A stretch of 64,000 nucleotides of DNA from Octopus sinensis (Eukaryota), in contig NC_043001.1 in assembly GCF_006345805.1 (NCBI RefSeq), positions 130,262,001-130,326,000 on the forward strand. The letters run 5' to 3'. Below the pieces are notes generated by a model. That model did not search any database, was not told the DNA's origin, and worked only from the letters and a program-made list of their open reading frames with translations. Positions 37,661 to 50,930 of the stretch are shown piece by piece (position 1 is the stretch's first letter; every line of letters begins with the position of its first letter). The position numbers and the translations under genes are program-made.

Positions 37661-37981
37661 AATTTCATTTCATGACCAATATCTGTGTGAAACTTACTAC
37701 ACAGTCATATATTTTCACTTCTCCACATCTCATTATTTCTATAATAAATTAACAGACTTTTGCTCAGCACATTCTTTCATTCATTTCATAAAGCCTGCTT
37801 TGATGTGATGTAATGTGATAGATCTGGTTAGATAGATCCATGGTGTACTGTGAGAACTTCTATCACTGATTAAGGGAGACTTCAATTCAGTATTGAAAGA
37901 AAAGAAACCACAAGATAATTACACATTGATCTTGCAATTTCAATCTACAAGCAATGGTACCAGTCAGATAAACTGAACCGT

Positions 37982-38480
37982 ATCATCATCATCATCATCA
38001 TCATCATCATTATTTAATGTCCACCTTCTCTGCTGGCATGGGTTAGATGGTTTGACAGTAGCTGGCCAGGCAGAAAGCTGCACCAGACTTCTGCGTCTGT
38101 TTTGGCACAGATTTTATGGCTGGATGCCCTTCCTAATGCGAACCACCCCGTAGAGTGGACTGAATGCTTTTTACCTGGCACCAGCACAGGTGAGGTCAGT
38201 TTTAGCATTGCTTTTACAGCAGGATGCCCTTCCAAATGTCAACCACTTTACACCATGTACTGGATGCATTTTACATGGCAGGTGAGGTCAGATTTGGTAT
38301 AGTTTTTACAGTTGAATACCCTTCCAAATGCCAATCACTTTACATTATGGACTGGATGCTTTTTACGTGGCACTACCACAGGTGAGGTTAGTTTTGGCAT
38401 GGCTTTTAGAGTTGGACATCCTTCCAAATGCCGACCACTTTACAACATTGTCTAGATGCTTTCTACGAGGCACCAAGTAA
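37982..38480 (-). mobile_element. Family A variant with 4-5 tandem about 90-100-bp modules
   Basis: (CAT)n tail; repeated CCTTCCAAATGCCAACCACTTTACA...GGTGAGGTCAGTTTT; an inverted partner lies at 40170-40350. Confidence 0.75.
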
Positions 38481-38599
38481 CTTCCAAGACAAAGATCCTT
38501 TGGGAGGGATCAAAAGAATTACATACAAAGGAAGTAATTCTTTAGATTATGTATCATCATAGCTTGATGAGTTAATCTTTTTTTGGTTTTTGTTTTTCG

Positions 38600-39778
38600 A
38601 CTCTTTTACTCTTTTACTCTTTTATTTGTTTCAGTCATTTGACTGTGGCTATGCTGGAGCACCGCCTTTAGTCGAGCAAATCGACCCCAAGACTTATTCT
38701 TTGTAAGCCTAGTACTTATTCTATCGGTCTCTTTTGCCGAACTGCTAAGTTAAGGGGATGTAAACACACCAGCATCGGTTGTCAAGCGATGTTGGGGGAA
38801 CAAACACAGATACACAAACATATGCACACACATACATATATATATATCATCATCATCATCATCATCATCGTTTAACGTCCGTTCTCCATGCTAGCATGGG
38901 TTGGACAGTTCGACCGGGGATCTGGGAAGCCAGAAGGCTACACCAGGCTCCAGTCTTATCTGGCAGTGTTTCTACAGCTGGATGCCCTTCCTAACGCCAA
39001 CCACTCCGTGAGTGTAGTGGGTGCTTTTTACGTGCCACCTGCACAGGTGCCAGGCGAGGCTGGCAACGGCCACGGTCGGATTGGTGTATTTTATGTGCCA
39101 CCGGCACGGAAGCCAGACGAGGCGGTGCTGGCATCAGCCACGAGTCGGATGGTGCTTTTTACGTACCACCAGACCAGGGATCCTGGCCGGTTCAATTCGA
39201 TTTCGATTTCGCTTGCCCCAACATGTCTTCGCAAGCAAGGGAGTTGGCATGGGTGCCTGTCGTACGGTCAGATTGGTGTATTTTACGTGCCACCGGCACG
39301 GAAGCCAGTGGAGGTGGTGCTGGGATCGGCCACGAGTCGGATAGTGCTTTTTACGTACCACCAGACCAGGGAACCTGGCTGGTTCAATTCGATTTCGCTT
39401 GCCCCAACATGTCTTCGCAAGCAAGGGGGTTGGCATGGGTGCCTGTCGTACGGTCAGATTGGTGTATTTTACGTGCCACCGGCACGGAAGCCAGTGGAGG
39501 CGGCGCTGGCATCGGCCACGAGTCGGATAGTGCTTTTTACGTACCACCAGACCAGGGATCCTGGCTGGTTCAATTCGATTTTGACTTCGATATATATATA
39601 TATATATATACATATATACGATGGGCTTCTTTCAGTTTCCGTCTACCAAATCCACTTACAAGGCTTTGGTCAGCCCGAGGCTATAGTAGAAGACACTTGC
39701 CCAAGGTGCCACGCAGTGGGACTTAACCCAGAACCATGTGGTTCGTAAGCAAGCTACTTACCACACAGCCACTCCTAT
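38600..39778 (-). mobile_element. Family E SINE with a long family A element (38847-39585) nested in its microsatellite
   Basis: E 3' half at 38600-38845 and E 5' half at 39590-39778; the A element carries an about 186-bp internal tandem duplication. Confidence 0.88.
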
Positions 39779-39865
39779 GCATTTAGGATATATTTCTATT
39801 TATTTCCTTATTCCAGTATCTATAAGCACTAAGTGGGTTGCTGGTGTATTGCAAGTAGCTTTTAC

Positions 39866-39965
39866 CTTACAAATATCGAATTCAGACCTACAACCCAAAA
39901 AATAACCTGTTAATCTCTCAGTGTTACTACTGCATACAGTAGCAAAATACATCTCCTTGTAATAC
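39866..39965 (-). CDS. Candidate 100-nt exon (xYYKEMYFATVCSSNTERLTGYFLGCRSEFDICK)
   Basis: Acceptor gtttaacag, donor AAG|GTAAAA; single open frame. Confidence 0.25.
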
Positions 39966-40539
39966 CTGTTAAACCCTTTAAGTTTTCAGGTTACTCTGTT
40001 TGAACATAATGCTTATTTATCCATTTTGCTTTGAATTTATCTTGCATTATCTCCAAGCTTTAAGATTTCAGTGACATGATTGTTTTCTTTTAGAATGACA
40101 TTATATGGTAGGTGTGAGAGCCTGGATCTGGCTGGTTTGAACACAAAGCTGGTAGAATATTTTGGCCAGATACAGTGCTTGTGCCATGTAAAATGCATCC
40201 AGTACACGGCGTAAAGTGGTTGGCATTTGGAAGGGCATCCTGCTGTAAAAGCCATGCTAAAACTGACCTCACCTGTGCTGGTGCCAGGCAAAGAGCATTC
40301 AGTCCACTCTGCGGGGTGGTTGGCGTTAGGAAGAGCATCCTGCCATAAAATGCTAAAGGTTTAAGGTTAAATGGGCTTAGTCATTGAGAGCTAAGTGTTT
40401 TACTAAGGACATAATGTTATGTCACCGAGAGGGGAGATAATCAACAATTGGCTACACACACACACACACATACACACACACACACACCTCATCTCATCTA
40501 GTTGTCTGATACCCTATTGACTTGACTGTCTGTACTCAC

Positions 40540-40659
40540 AATCTTTGTAATAATACTGACAAAAAACAGAAAACTGTTTTGAAGTTTCTGCATCTTCAGA
40601 GAGCTTTTCTAAGGATACTGAGCTAAAAGAAAGAACTGCAATAGTCAATCTTGTAAAAT
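40540..40659 (-). CDS. Candidate 120-nt exon (xFTRLTIAVLSFSSVSLEKLSEDAETSKQFSVFCQYYYKD)
   Basis: Acceptor tttttcag, donor T|GTGAGT; single open frame, phase 1-1. Alternative internal acceptors exist. Confidence 0.35.
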
Positions 40660-41786
40660 CTGAAAAATTATTGGTTGCATTCGTTCACTGAAGACTACTC
40701 CAAGATATAAAGTACTTCAGAACAATTTGAAGAACAAGGATTACATTTTTCTTTTTAAATATTATCATTTCTGGGGTTATTTTTCTTTTTCTTTTAAATA
40801 AGCTTAATCAAATAAAATTATAGAAAGAAAGAACTTTCATCAAACATTTATCCTTATTAATTAATTAACCCTTTGTGTCTTAGAACACTTTAAGTGATCA
40901 ATGATCAACTGACTTTTATCAAATTCAATACTAGCTTGTCATTAGATTTTTTTAGCATTTGATGTTATTTTCTCATGTATCTTTGTTCATTTCTTTCTTT
41001 CTTTTTTTTTTCTCTAGTTCCAGTTGATAAGACTTTGTGAAACATTGATTGGTTCTAATAATCACATGACTATTCAGAAGTCAAGTTATCTTTTGATAAA
41101 GTGTCTTTTTACATCTTGTAATACTTCAAGTTAGTAAAAATACAACTTTAAAAAAAAAAAAAATGTAATTTCCCATAATGCATTGTATTATAGGAGTTCC
41201 TCTGAAATGGAAAATTATATCACGATGCTGTAATTACAAGAATACATTGGCTGTCTTTCCTTCTCCTGCTCCTTTCCCAAGTCCAATAAGAGGATTGTGT
41301 GTCGTAGCAGAAGTTAACATAACATATATCAATTTATTAGAAATTGGTTTCTAGAGACACTAGAATTATCAAACTGAATACTTCATGAAATTCACATTTG
41401 TAAATTTATATCTTGAGTTCAACTCATACATGTGAAGGCATGTTGCTTCATGATTAATGTGTTCAACTCCTACAGTTAGGTTGTGGGTTTAATTCATGGA
41501 TAAGGTGATGCATTGCATCTAGGAGTTACAATGAATATCAACTGGGTGTTAATGCTGCTCTGTCTTCCTTCAGCTCTCACATCTTGGCTGCCCCACTGGG
41601 CAGTGCCATCTTAAGGTATTAGAACACTGGGTGTCCAGCTTCTACTTTTAGGTTGTGGGTTTAATTCATGGATTAGGTGGTGTGTGGCATCTGTGATTTA
41701 TAATGAATAGCAGTTGGGTGTTAATGCAATCCTGTCTTCTTTCAGCTGTCACATCTTGGATGCCTCACTGGGCAGATCGATCTTAA

Positions 41787-42281
41787 CCCTTTTGATACCA
41801 AACCCGGCTGAAACCGGCTCTGGCTCTGTGGTAAAATGTCTTGTTTCCATAAGTTTTGAATTAAAATCTTCCACCAAACCTTAGTCACAATTTATGCTCC
41901 TAACACAAGCTTAATGATAACAAAGTTATTTTACTAAATTCTTTGTTGCCAGCCTCGCCTGGCCCTCGTGCCGGTGGCACATAAAAAGCACCATCCGTTC
42001 GTGGCCGTTTGCCAGCTCTGTCTGGCACCAGTGCGGGTGGCACGTAAAAAGCACCCACTACACTCACGGAGTGGTTGGCGTTAGGAAGGGCATCCAGCCG
42101 TAGAAACACTGCCAGATTTGACTGGGCCTGATGAAGCCTTCTGGCTTCACAGACCCCAGTAGAACCGTCCAACCCATGCTAGCATGGAAAACGGACGCTA
42201 AACGATGATGATGATGATGATGATTTAGAATTAATTGAAAGAAACACCGAGCATCTCAAAAGAAATATGGTAACGAAGGGG
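41787..42281. mobile_element. piggyBac-type MITE, family 1, carrying a family A insertion (41948-42224)
   Basis: TTAA at 41783-41786 and 42282-42285; the body matches the empty copy 26213-26433 on both sides of the insert. Confidence 0.88.
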
Positions 42282-42759
42282 TTAAGGCATGAGTACACTG
42301 TGCAGTTATCCAGGGGTCTCATGGGTCTAAGGGCACAATTCAGATCTATATATGCCATGGTTTGCTATCAATGAATAAATAATATAGGGCTCAGTACATT
42401 GATTTACTCAGGGGCCTATAATACTCTTTAGAAGGCCCTGACACTAGCTAAGGGTTAGTGACTTGAGAGAGTGTTATGTCTTCTCATTACTACATAGGTA
42501 CCTCTGTACAGAAACAATTATATAAAGGCACCTATGTTGATGCAACAATTTCTGAGTTTTCATTTGTAAAGTAAATCTTATTTGAAGACAATTCACTTCA
42601 TATCAAACTGGTAATTGCTATGGAAAGGCATTAATGTCACACAATCTAATAATGTTCTTCCTCTATAAATTTGACTGCACCTATATTATTCAGACCTTCA
42701 CATGTTCTCCTAGTTTGCTGTGATTGATGCCATTAAATGATCCTCTTGGCCCTTTGTTG

Positions 42760-42930
42760 GGTCAACGCCAGCTGGAAAGACATTATTCCAGAGAGCTGAC
42801 ATCCTTGGAAGGAAAGACTGGGTATAGTGATTTGTGTAAAGCCTATTGGGTTGGACGTAAGAAGGGTGATGAATGAAGGAAACAGAAAGGGGTTGGAAAT
42901 GCTTGAGTGAAAGTGATGTGACCCTTGTCA
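42760..42930 (-). mobile_element. CR1/L2/Jockey-group LINE C-terminal fragment
   Basis: HHPSYVQPNRLYTNHYTQSFLPRMSALWN matches the SF.PR...LWN motif at the end of these RTs. Confidence 0.6.
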
Positions 42931-43034
42931 ACTCCAAGGTAAAAAAAAAATAAAGTTACCTTCTCAGTTCATGCTGACTCATAAGAGCTGGTTTCCCAGT
43001 CTCCATGGTATTTAAATTCCTCACCTGGATGGGA

Positions 43035-43450
43035 CGCCAATCTGTCACAGTATTATTCATTTCTGTCAGCTGAGTGGACTGGAACAACATGAAATGAAGT
43101 GTTTTGCTCAAGAACACAACACGTCGCCCAGTCCAGGAATCGAAACCACAGTCTTATGATCATCATACCAACACCCTAACCTATTTCTTTATTACCCACA
43201 AGGGGCTAAACACAGAGGGGACAAACAAGGACAGACATAGGTATTAAGTCGATTACATCGACCCCAGTGCGTAACTGGTACTTAATTTATCGACCCCGAA
43301 AGGATGAAAGGCAAAGTCAACCTTGGTGGAATTTGAACTCACAACGTAACGGCAGACAAAATACTGCTAAGCATTTCGCCCGGCGTACTAACGTTTCTGC
43401 CAGCTCGCCGCCTTAATCATACCAACACCCTAACCACTAAGCCACACACC
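43035..43450 (-). mobile_element. Family D SINE interrupted by a family B SINE (43182-43415) with 20-bp TSD
   Basis: TSD ATCATACCAACACCCTAACC at 43162-43181 and 43416-43435. Confidence 0.9.
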
Positions 43451-43920
43451 TCCAAAACTCCAAGCAGCAGAGGCCATTATAATAATAGTAGAAAAAACAG
43501 AGCGAAGAGACTACATGTTTGCTGGTCAAAAGCTGGGGTACATCTGTGAGTGACTTCGGGCCAATCAGTCAGATAGCCTGTTTTTAGATGCAGTCTTTGG
43601 TGACTGCTTATGCAGTTACTGCACCTACCCAGGTGTGAGAACAATATTCAATTAGGGATCTCACTTGAATTTTGCAGAATATCAGTGATTATTGGAGGTT
43701 GATGTTACATTAAAATAATGTGTTATTGAGGGCAGCTGTAAACTGAGTGTTTGTGTGTGTTCATGATGCATGTGTGCACTATGGTGTGCATATGTATATT
43801 GTGTGCATTTGTGGTGTCTACTTGTGTATTGTATGTGTGTGTGAGCATGTACGTGTATATGTGTGTGTTGTGTACATGTTTACATATGTGTGTGCTTCAT
43901 GAGCATGTTGTGTACTCTCA

Positions 43921-44312
43921 TTTTTTACTCTTTTACTTGTTTCAGTCATTTGACTGCGGCCATGCTGGAGCACCGCTTTTAGGCGAGCAAATCGACCCCG
44001 GGACTTATTCTTTTGTAAGCCCAGTACTTATTCTATCGGTCTCTTTTGCCGAACCGCTAAGTGACGGGGACGTAAACACACCTGCATTGGTTGTCAAGCA
44101 ATGCTAGGGGGACAAACACACACACACAAACACACACACATACATATATATACATATATACGACAGGCTTCTTTCAGTTTCCGTCTACCAAATCCACTCA
44201 CAAGGCATTGGTCGGCCCGAGGCTATAGCAGAAGACACCTGCCCAAGATGCCACGCAGTGGGACTGAACCCGGAACCATGTGGTTTCTTAGCAAGCTACT
44301 TACCACACAGCC
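43921..44312 (-). mobile_element. Family E SINE, full length
   Basis: Near-identical to 13864-14255. Confidence 0.92.
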
Positions 44313-44841
44313 ACTCCTGCGCCTATATGTGTGTGTATATATCTAGTGTAGGCATGTATTTGTGTTTACAAGTGTGGTGTGTATCTGTGTATGGTGTGTA
44401 TAGGTTGTGTGTGTGTGTGTGTTGTGGGAATAAGTTTGGTGTGTGTATGTGATATGTATATCTAGCATTATGTTTGTGGAGACACATGCATGCGATGTAT
44501 GGTTGTATGTGTGTGATGTATGTGTAATTGTGCATGTGGAGTGCATGTTTGTGTGTGTGAGTGCATGCATGCGTGTGTGGTGTATGACAGTGTGTATGTG
44601 AGCAGACTGTAAGTGTGTGGTGTGTGTGTGTGTATTTAAGCGGTGTTTGTGCTGTATGTGTAGTGTGTGTGGTGTGTTGTGTGTATGTGTGTGTATGTAC
44701 ATGTGTTTTTCATGTGTGACAGTGTGTATGTGAGCAAACTACATGTGTGTGTGTGTATTTAAGTTATATTTGTGGTGTGTGCATGCGCTTGTCATGCATG
44801 ACAGTGTGTATGTGAGCAAGCTATATGTGTGGGTGTGTATT

Positions 44842-44897
<56 letters not shown>

Positions 44898-45449
44898 TGT
44901 GTGTGAATGTGTCTGTGTGTGTGTTTGAGTATTTATAAGCAGTGTATGAATCCGAATATGTGTGTGTAATTCTTGCTAATTCTCTGGAAACTTTACGGCA
45001 ATTTTTAAAAAGATTTGGTATCATGGAATTCTTTGAATTTGGTCCAAGACAGCTGTGCCAGGCAGAACTAAGTCTAAATACCAACAAACTAAAACTCACT
45101 GAAAAAGTCACACAGACTTACAGAAATATAAAACAAACAAACAAACAAAAAATGAAACAAGCAAAAGAAGTGGGAAAGGTAAAGAAAGAAAGAAAGAATT
45201 TAATTTTGAAAAGATAAGATAAACAAAAATAATAGATAGGCTTAATAAAAAGAACAGAATGTGTTTGAATTTTGTAGTTATTCTATTATTTAGTAAAAAA
45301 AACTATGTGACACATGGCTGTGAGATGTAAAGATAAAGATGAAACAGAGAGAGAGAGAGAGAGAGAGATACAATGAAACAGTGGATCTCAGAGACATATT
45401 TTCTCCTACCCCATCTCTCCCACTGCCCCTGTGTGTGTGCATATGTGTG

Positions 45450-45519
<70 letters not shown>

Positions 45520-45588
45520 GTGTGATGGGCATATTGTCGCTATTTTATATTTTTAATTTCACGCATGCACATAGTTTGTTTTTGATTT

Positions 45589-45810
45589 GAACTGAAGGCA
45601 AGGATTATGGCAGTATTCACCCAACTTAAACAAGGAGACTGTCCAGAAGAGTTGCAGGAGATTCTGAAGTCGTCTGGAAGCTGTGGTTGAAGCCAATGGC
45701 GATTTTATTAGATAAATTTACTCTTTAGTATTTCAAGATATTGTTATGTAATTTTGGTGAATATATCTGTTAAAATGAGATGTTAGTGTTATTTTCCTTT
45801 TTGCATATTC
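45589..45810 (+). mobile_element. Tc1/mariner-superfamily (maT-like) transposase C-terminal remnant and 3' flank
   Basis: Reads ELKARIMAVFT, then after a 1-bp shift NLNKETVQKSCRRF*SRLEAVVEANGDFIR* (stop at 45713-45715). Confidence 0.7.
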
Positions 45811-46105
45811 TGCTTTTCCCCTGATATCTCTCCTATTGACCATCACTTATTTAAGCATTTTGAGCTTTTCATAAGCAATAAAACGTTCTTAAATAGAGAA
45901 GAGGTAATTGAAACATTCAGACAGTTTATCATAGCAAAAGATGAATTTTATTTTAAAGATGGAATATATGGGATAGAAAAACGTTGGGTAAACATCATGA
46001 ATGAACGTGGATCATACTTTGATTAAACAAATCGGTTCTCTAACACTTCTGAAACATTTTATTGTTACCTTTCAAACACGACATTTCATGTGAAACAACC
46101 TAATA
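45811..46105 (+). mobile_element. Mariner 3' fragment with right TIR
   Basis: Reads FSPDISPIDHHLFKHFE...FLNREEV...FYFKDGI...KRW...RGSYFD* (YSPDLAPSD-like motif); ends ...CAACCTAA|TA. Confidence 0.82.
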
Positions 46106-46134
46106 TATTCTATTTGTTTTTGTTATTATTATAC

Positions 46135-46357
46135 TCTTATACTCTTTACTCTTATACTTGTTTCAGTCATTTGAATGTGGCCATGCTGGAACATCACCCT
46201 TAGTCAAGCAAATTGACCCCAGGACTTATTCTTTGTAAGCCTAGTACTTATTCTATCGGTCTCTCTTTTGCCAAACTGCTAAGTTACGGAGACGTAAACA
46301 TACCATCATCGGTTGTCAAGCGATGCTGGGGGAACAAACACAGACACACAAATATAT

Positions 46358-46393
<36 letters not shown>

Positions 46394-46563
46394 ATATATG
46401 CGATGCGCTTCTTTCAGTTTCTGTTTACTAAATCCACTCACAAGGCTTTGGTCGGCCCGAGGCTATAGTAGAAGGCACTTTCCCAAAGTGTCACGCAGTG
46501 GGAATGAACCCAGAACCATGTGGTTGGTAAGCAAGCTACTTACCACACAGCCACTCCTGCGCC
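46135..46563 (-). mobile_element. Family E SINE
   Basis: Homologous to 13864-14255. Confidence 0.9.
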
Positions 46564-47122
46564 TTATGTTTCATTTATCAATTTCGTTTCTTAACTGCAT
46601 TTTTTTTTGCTTGTTATTAATAATAATTTACTTGTAAGTGAATGGTGGATGTAATGTATTTTTTAAAATGGTCACTGAAAGTGCACTTGTTGTTGTTATT
46701 GTTGTTGTTATTGTTGTTCTTTTGTCCTAAGTTAGATCCTGTCCAGCAGGTCTGTCATCAAAAATATCTCACTTATGGCCTTTCTGACTTTTTTTCTGAC
46801 ATAATAGGATAGAATTGATGTCCTAAAATCAAGGTTCCACGTACAAGGTATTGGTGTGGATGCTGGTGCCTCTTAAAAATCACCAGTGCTGGTGTCACTT
46901 AAAAAGCACTGGTGATGGGTGCCACAAAAAACACCCAGTACACTCAGTGGCGTGGTTGACATTAGGAAGGGCATCCAGCCGGTGGAAACCAAACCAAAAC
47001 AAACTATGGAACCTGGTGCAAACCCAGGCTTCCAGTTTTGGTCAAACTGTCCAACCCATGCCAGCAGGGAAAAGAAATATTAAATGATGATGATGATATA
47101 TATGCTCACCCACATACATACA

Positions 47123-47164
<42 letters not shown>

Positions 47165-47169
47165 TTGGA

Positions 47170-47620
47170 CTTAGCTTGTCAAGGCTACACAGTTCCTGCT
47201 GTGTCGTACTGCATGAATACAACCAACCAGGCTGTTGCTTCAAGTTCTTTCTTTGATGGCATCAATCCACAAACATCTTTGATGACCTCTTGCTCTCTTC
47301 CTCTCAACACATCCTGTCAGGATGATCCCAAACAATGACTCATGGTGTTCTGTATATGCAAAATAATATAGTTTTCTGGACTTGATTCATGTCAATAGAC
47401 GTATTTGGTCTTACAGCTTTTCTTGTATGGCAGCATTTTTTACCCTGTCATTTCAGCTCATCCAGCTCAATCTACAAAAGATCCACATCTCATAGGCTTG
47501 TCTCTTTTTCTCCATAGCTGTGTACATTGTCCGAGTTTCTACCTCATTGAGGACTTTTGGCATAATTTCACAGTTTACTAACTTCAATTTCAGGCACAGT
47601 TTTCTGTCTCATGCGGTAAA
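47170..47620 (-). mobile_element. Old degenerate RTE-clade LINE fragment
   Basis: The minus strand reads ILTGCVERKRARGHQRCLWIDAIKERT, resembling the RTE LEG.VEGKR.RGRPR..W.D motif. Confidence 0.55.
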
Positions 47621-49099
47621 GATCATTTCATTCATATAAAAATTTTTACTTTAGCTATATTTATTCTTTGAGCAACTTCTTTTGTGTGTATGTGTGTGTC
47701 TGGGTGACCAGCAGTCACCCATGCATACCAGACTCCTCTCTTCATGCCACCAGTATTATCCAAGGGAAAAGCAAAGGCTGATACAGCTTGGCACAAGTGA
47801 CGTTGCAACTCATTTCTACAGCTGAGTGAACTGGAGCAATGTGAAATAAAGTGTCTTGCTCAAGAACACAATGCACAACCCTGTCAAAGAATCGAACTCA
47901 CTACCTCATGATTGTGAGCCTGACTACAACAATTGATGTTTCTCACCATTTGTTGTATACTGCAACTAGTTGTGTTTGTTAACATTTTCTGTCAACAAAT
48001 CACTCAAATCTTGTGCTTTTAAATTCTTCAGGAACAGCAAATAAATCCCTTACTAAGAAAACAGGTATGGATTGGCAACAGAAGGGGCATCTGATCATAA
48101 AAATCCTGCCTCAAATATCTCCTCCATCTAAACCTAGCTAAAACCATAATAGTAAAATAAATGAATGTATCTAGGACTACACTTAACTGCAATTCTTGTT
48201 CAGATGACAATGGTAAAGACCCTCTTCTGTCATGAATGATCGTGGGATTGCATCTAGAAAGTTCCCAGCCCAGGCACAAGTCCTGGCAAGGTTGTTTTAT
48301 GGAAGACCAGCAGCCCCTTCTCTCCATACCAGTCTTCCCTCTCTGATAATGCCTAATTCAACAAAAAGAAGGCATTGGTCGGCCCGGGGCTATAGCAGAA
48401 GACACTTGCCCAAGATGCCACCCAGTGGGACTGAACCCAGAACCATGTGGCTAGTTAGCAAGCTACTTACCACAAAAAAAATAATCGATTGGATATTTTG
48501 TACATTGTAAAAGTATAACCAGATTACAGCACATAAATTTTAACAAACAAAATTTTATATGGACCCCTAGTGGTCATACAGACCCTGGTTAAGAACTACT
48601 GATTTAAACCCATGATGGCTTTAGATGAGCAAATCTGTGATCATAGACATTGCAATTATGCCTACCATATCGTTTGTTTGTCAGACATAGAATGTCTAGA
48701 ACAACATGCCTCTTTTATAAAATAAAATTCTTGTATATGATATTAGGCAGTTATTTCTAGCAGGTCGTATTGTCATCCACTGGTTCTACATGTAGATTTA
48801 GGCAGAAAATACAAAGCATAACATGAGAATAAGAAAACAAGGTTAAGGTAATGTTGTCAGTTTAGACCTAATTAGTATCTAATGATGACATTGTTAATTG
48901 GCTTTTGTTAAATTTTGTTAATTATCCATATTAGTTTTAGTTTCAATTTGTGGTGTTTCATTCAGGTTCTAAACTTAATCTGAAAGGTGCTAAAATAAAA
49001 TTGAATTTTCAGCTTTTTTATTTATTTATTTATTTATTATTATTTTTATTTATTTATTATTATTTTTATTTTTGTATTTAACTCTATTCTATGTGGATT

Positions 49100-49600
49100 A
49101 TATGACCAGAAAGTTAAATCATTCACTTCACAATCACAGGATCATGGGTTCGATCTCAGTGAGTGGCATCCGAGTGAAATTGGGCAGATGGAAACTGTAC
49201 AGAATCTCTCAAGTAGATTTTACCTGTAATTCAAATTACATAGCAGGTGTCTAAACTGTCACATTGGGTTAGAAGTCGTCATGCAGGGTAAACATTTTGT
49301 ATTATATGGATTATATGACCAGAGGGTTAAATCATTCACTTTACAACCACAGGTTCCTGGGTTCAATCCCAGTGAGTAATATCTGAGGCAAAAGTCGTTT
49401 TCTATAGCTTTGGGTACTAACTTATACCTTGGGAGTGAATTGGGCAGATGGGAACAGTACAGAAACTGTCAAGTGAATTTTTACCTGTAATTCAAAAGGT
49501 GTCATGCTGGTTCTGCCTATGAATTACATAGCAGGTGGCTATATATTGTCATGTTGGGTAGAAGTCATCATGCAGAGTAAACATTTTGTATGATGTTTTA
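49100..49600 (+). repeat. Diverged tandem dimer of an about 210-290-bp SINE-like unit
   Basis: ATTATATGACCAGA..GTTAAATCATTCACTT...GTAAACATTTTGTAT occurs twice. Confidence 0.75.
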
Positions 49601-49664
49601 TAGTCTGGACATACATGTACAATATGCATTCCAGAAGTTTTCGGACTTATTCAGGAGATACATT

Positions 49665-50062
49665 TACTCTTTTACTTGTTTCAGTCATTTGACTGTGGCC
49701 ATGCTGGAGCACTGCCTTTAGTCGAGCAAATTGACCCCAGGACTTATTCGTTGTAAGCCTAGTACTTATTCTATCGGTCTCTTTTGCCGAACTGCTAAGT
49801 TACGGGGACGTAAACACACCAGCATCGGTTGTCAAGCGATGTTGGGATGTTGGGGGGGACAAACACAGACACACAAGCACACACACACATATATACATAT
49901 ATACGACAGGCTTCTTTCAGTTTCCATCTACCAGATCCACTCACAAGGCTTTGGTCAGCCCGATGCTATAGTAGAAAACACTTGCCCAAGGTGCCATGCA
50001 GTGGGACTGAACCTGGAACCATGTGGTTCGTAAGCAAGCTACTTACCACACAGCCACTGCTA
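49665..50062 (-). mobile_element. Family E SINE
   Basis: Homologous to 13864-14255. Confidence 0.9.
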
Positions 50063-50489
50063 CTCCTAAATTTGTTAATTTCAAAAGAATACAAAAGTCT
50101 AATTTTTTTCAAAGCCAAATCCTCTGACTTCAATGCATGTTGTAGTGTTCAACCCTCTTCATGAAGGCCCCATGGAAGTCCTCCAAAATGAAGGTGTCCA
50201 GGACTTTTGCCTCAACCTCAGTCTTTTCATTTTCTTCAAAACAACTACCTTCAGATTCTCCTTCAAAATGGGGAACACTCCAAAAGCCAAAGAAAGCAGG
50301 GTCTACATTGTATTGACCCCGAAAGGATGGAAGGCAGTTGACCTCGGTGAAATTATTACTCAGAATCTAAGGTCATACAAAATGCTGCTAAGCATTTTGC
50401 CTGGCATATTACTATTTTGCCAGTTCTCTGCTTTAATAATAATAATAATAATAATACTAATGATAATAATAATAATAATAATAATAATA

Positions 50490-50930
50490 CACACAGACAG
50501 AGAAATTAAGGCCAACAGACCAGATATAGTTGTCAGAGACCATGAAGAAAAAAATGCTTTCTAATTGATGTATCAATACCGGCTGATGACAACGTGTCTC
50601 TAAAAGAAATGGAGAAACTCTCAAAATACAAAGACCTGGAAATAGAGGTAACTAGAATGTGGAATCTGAAAACAGAAACAATTCCTATCATAGTAGGTGC
50701 ATTAGGCATGATAAAAAAATATTCAGACAAATACATAACAAAAACACCAGGACTTACAAACACATATAACATACAGAAAATTGCACTACTAGGCACTGCA
50801 CACATCCTACGCAGAACACTTTCCATACAATAACCATCAGAGCATCACAACAAATCACAGCACATACCCAAGGCACACAGAGCTGTGCTCGGTAGTGAAG
50901 TGAAAGCACGCTATAAAAATAAAACTACTG
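50490..50930 (+). mobile_element. 5'-truncated R4/Dong-like non-LTR retrotransposon (restriction-like endonuclease) inside (TAA)n
   Basis: Reads HTDREIKANRPDIVV..., LIDVSIP.D.N.S.KE.EKLSKYKDL...IPIIVGALG...LRRTLSIQ* (PD-(D/E)xK type), then an about 100-bp 3' UTR; (TAA)n on both sides. Confidence 0.88.

Noticed and set aside
38888-39748. 286-aa ORF, the longest in the track
   Set aside because: It lies on the antisense strand of tandem family A modules and runs into a family E SINE; the same peptide text recurs at every A copy.
42124-42150. CTGATGA-AGCC-ttct-GGCT hammerhead-like start
   Set aside because: It is a point variant of the family A sequence CTGGTGCAGCCTTCTGGCT, with no GAAA following.
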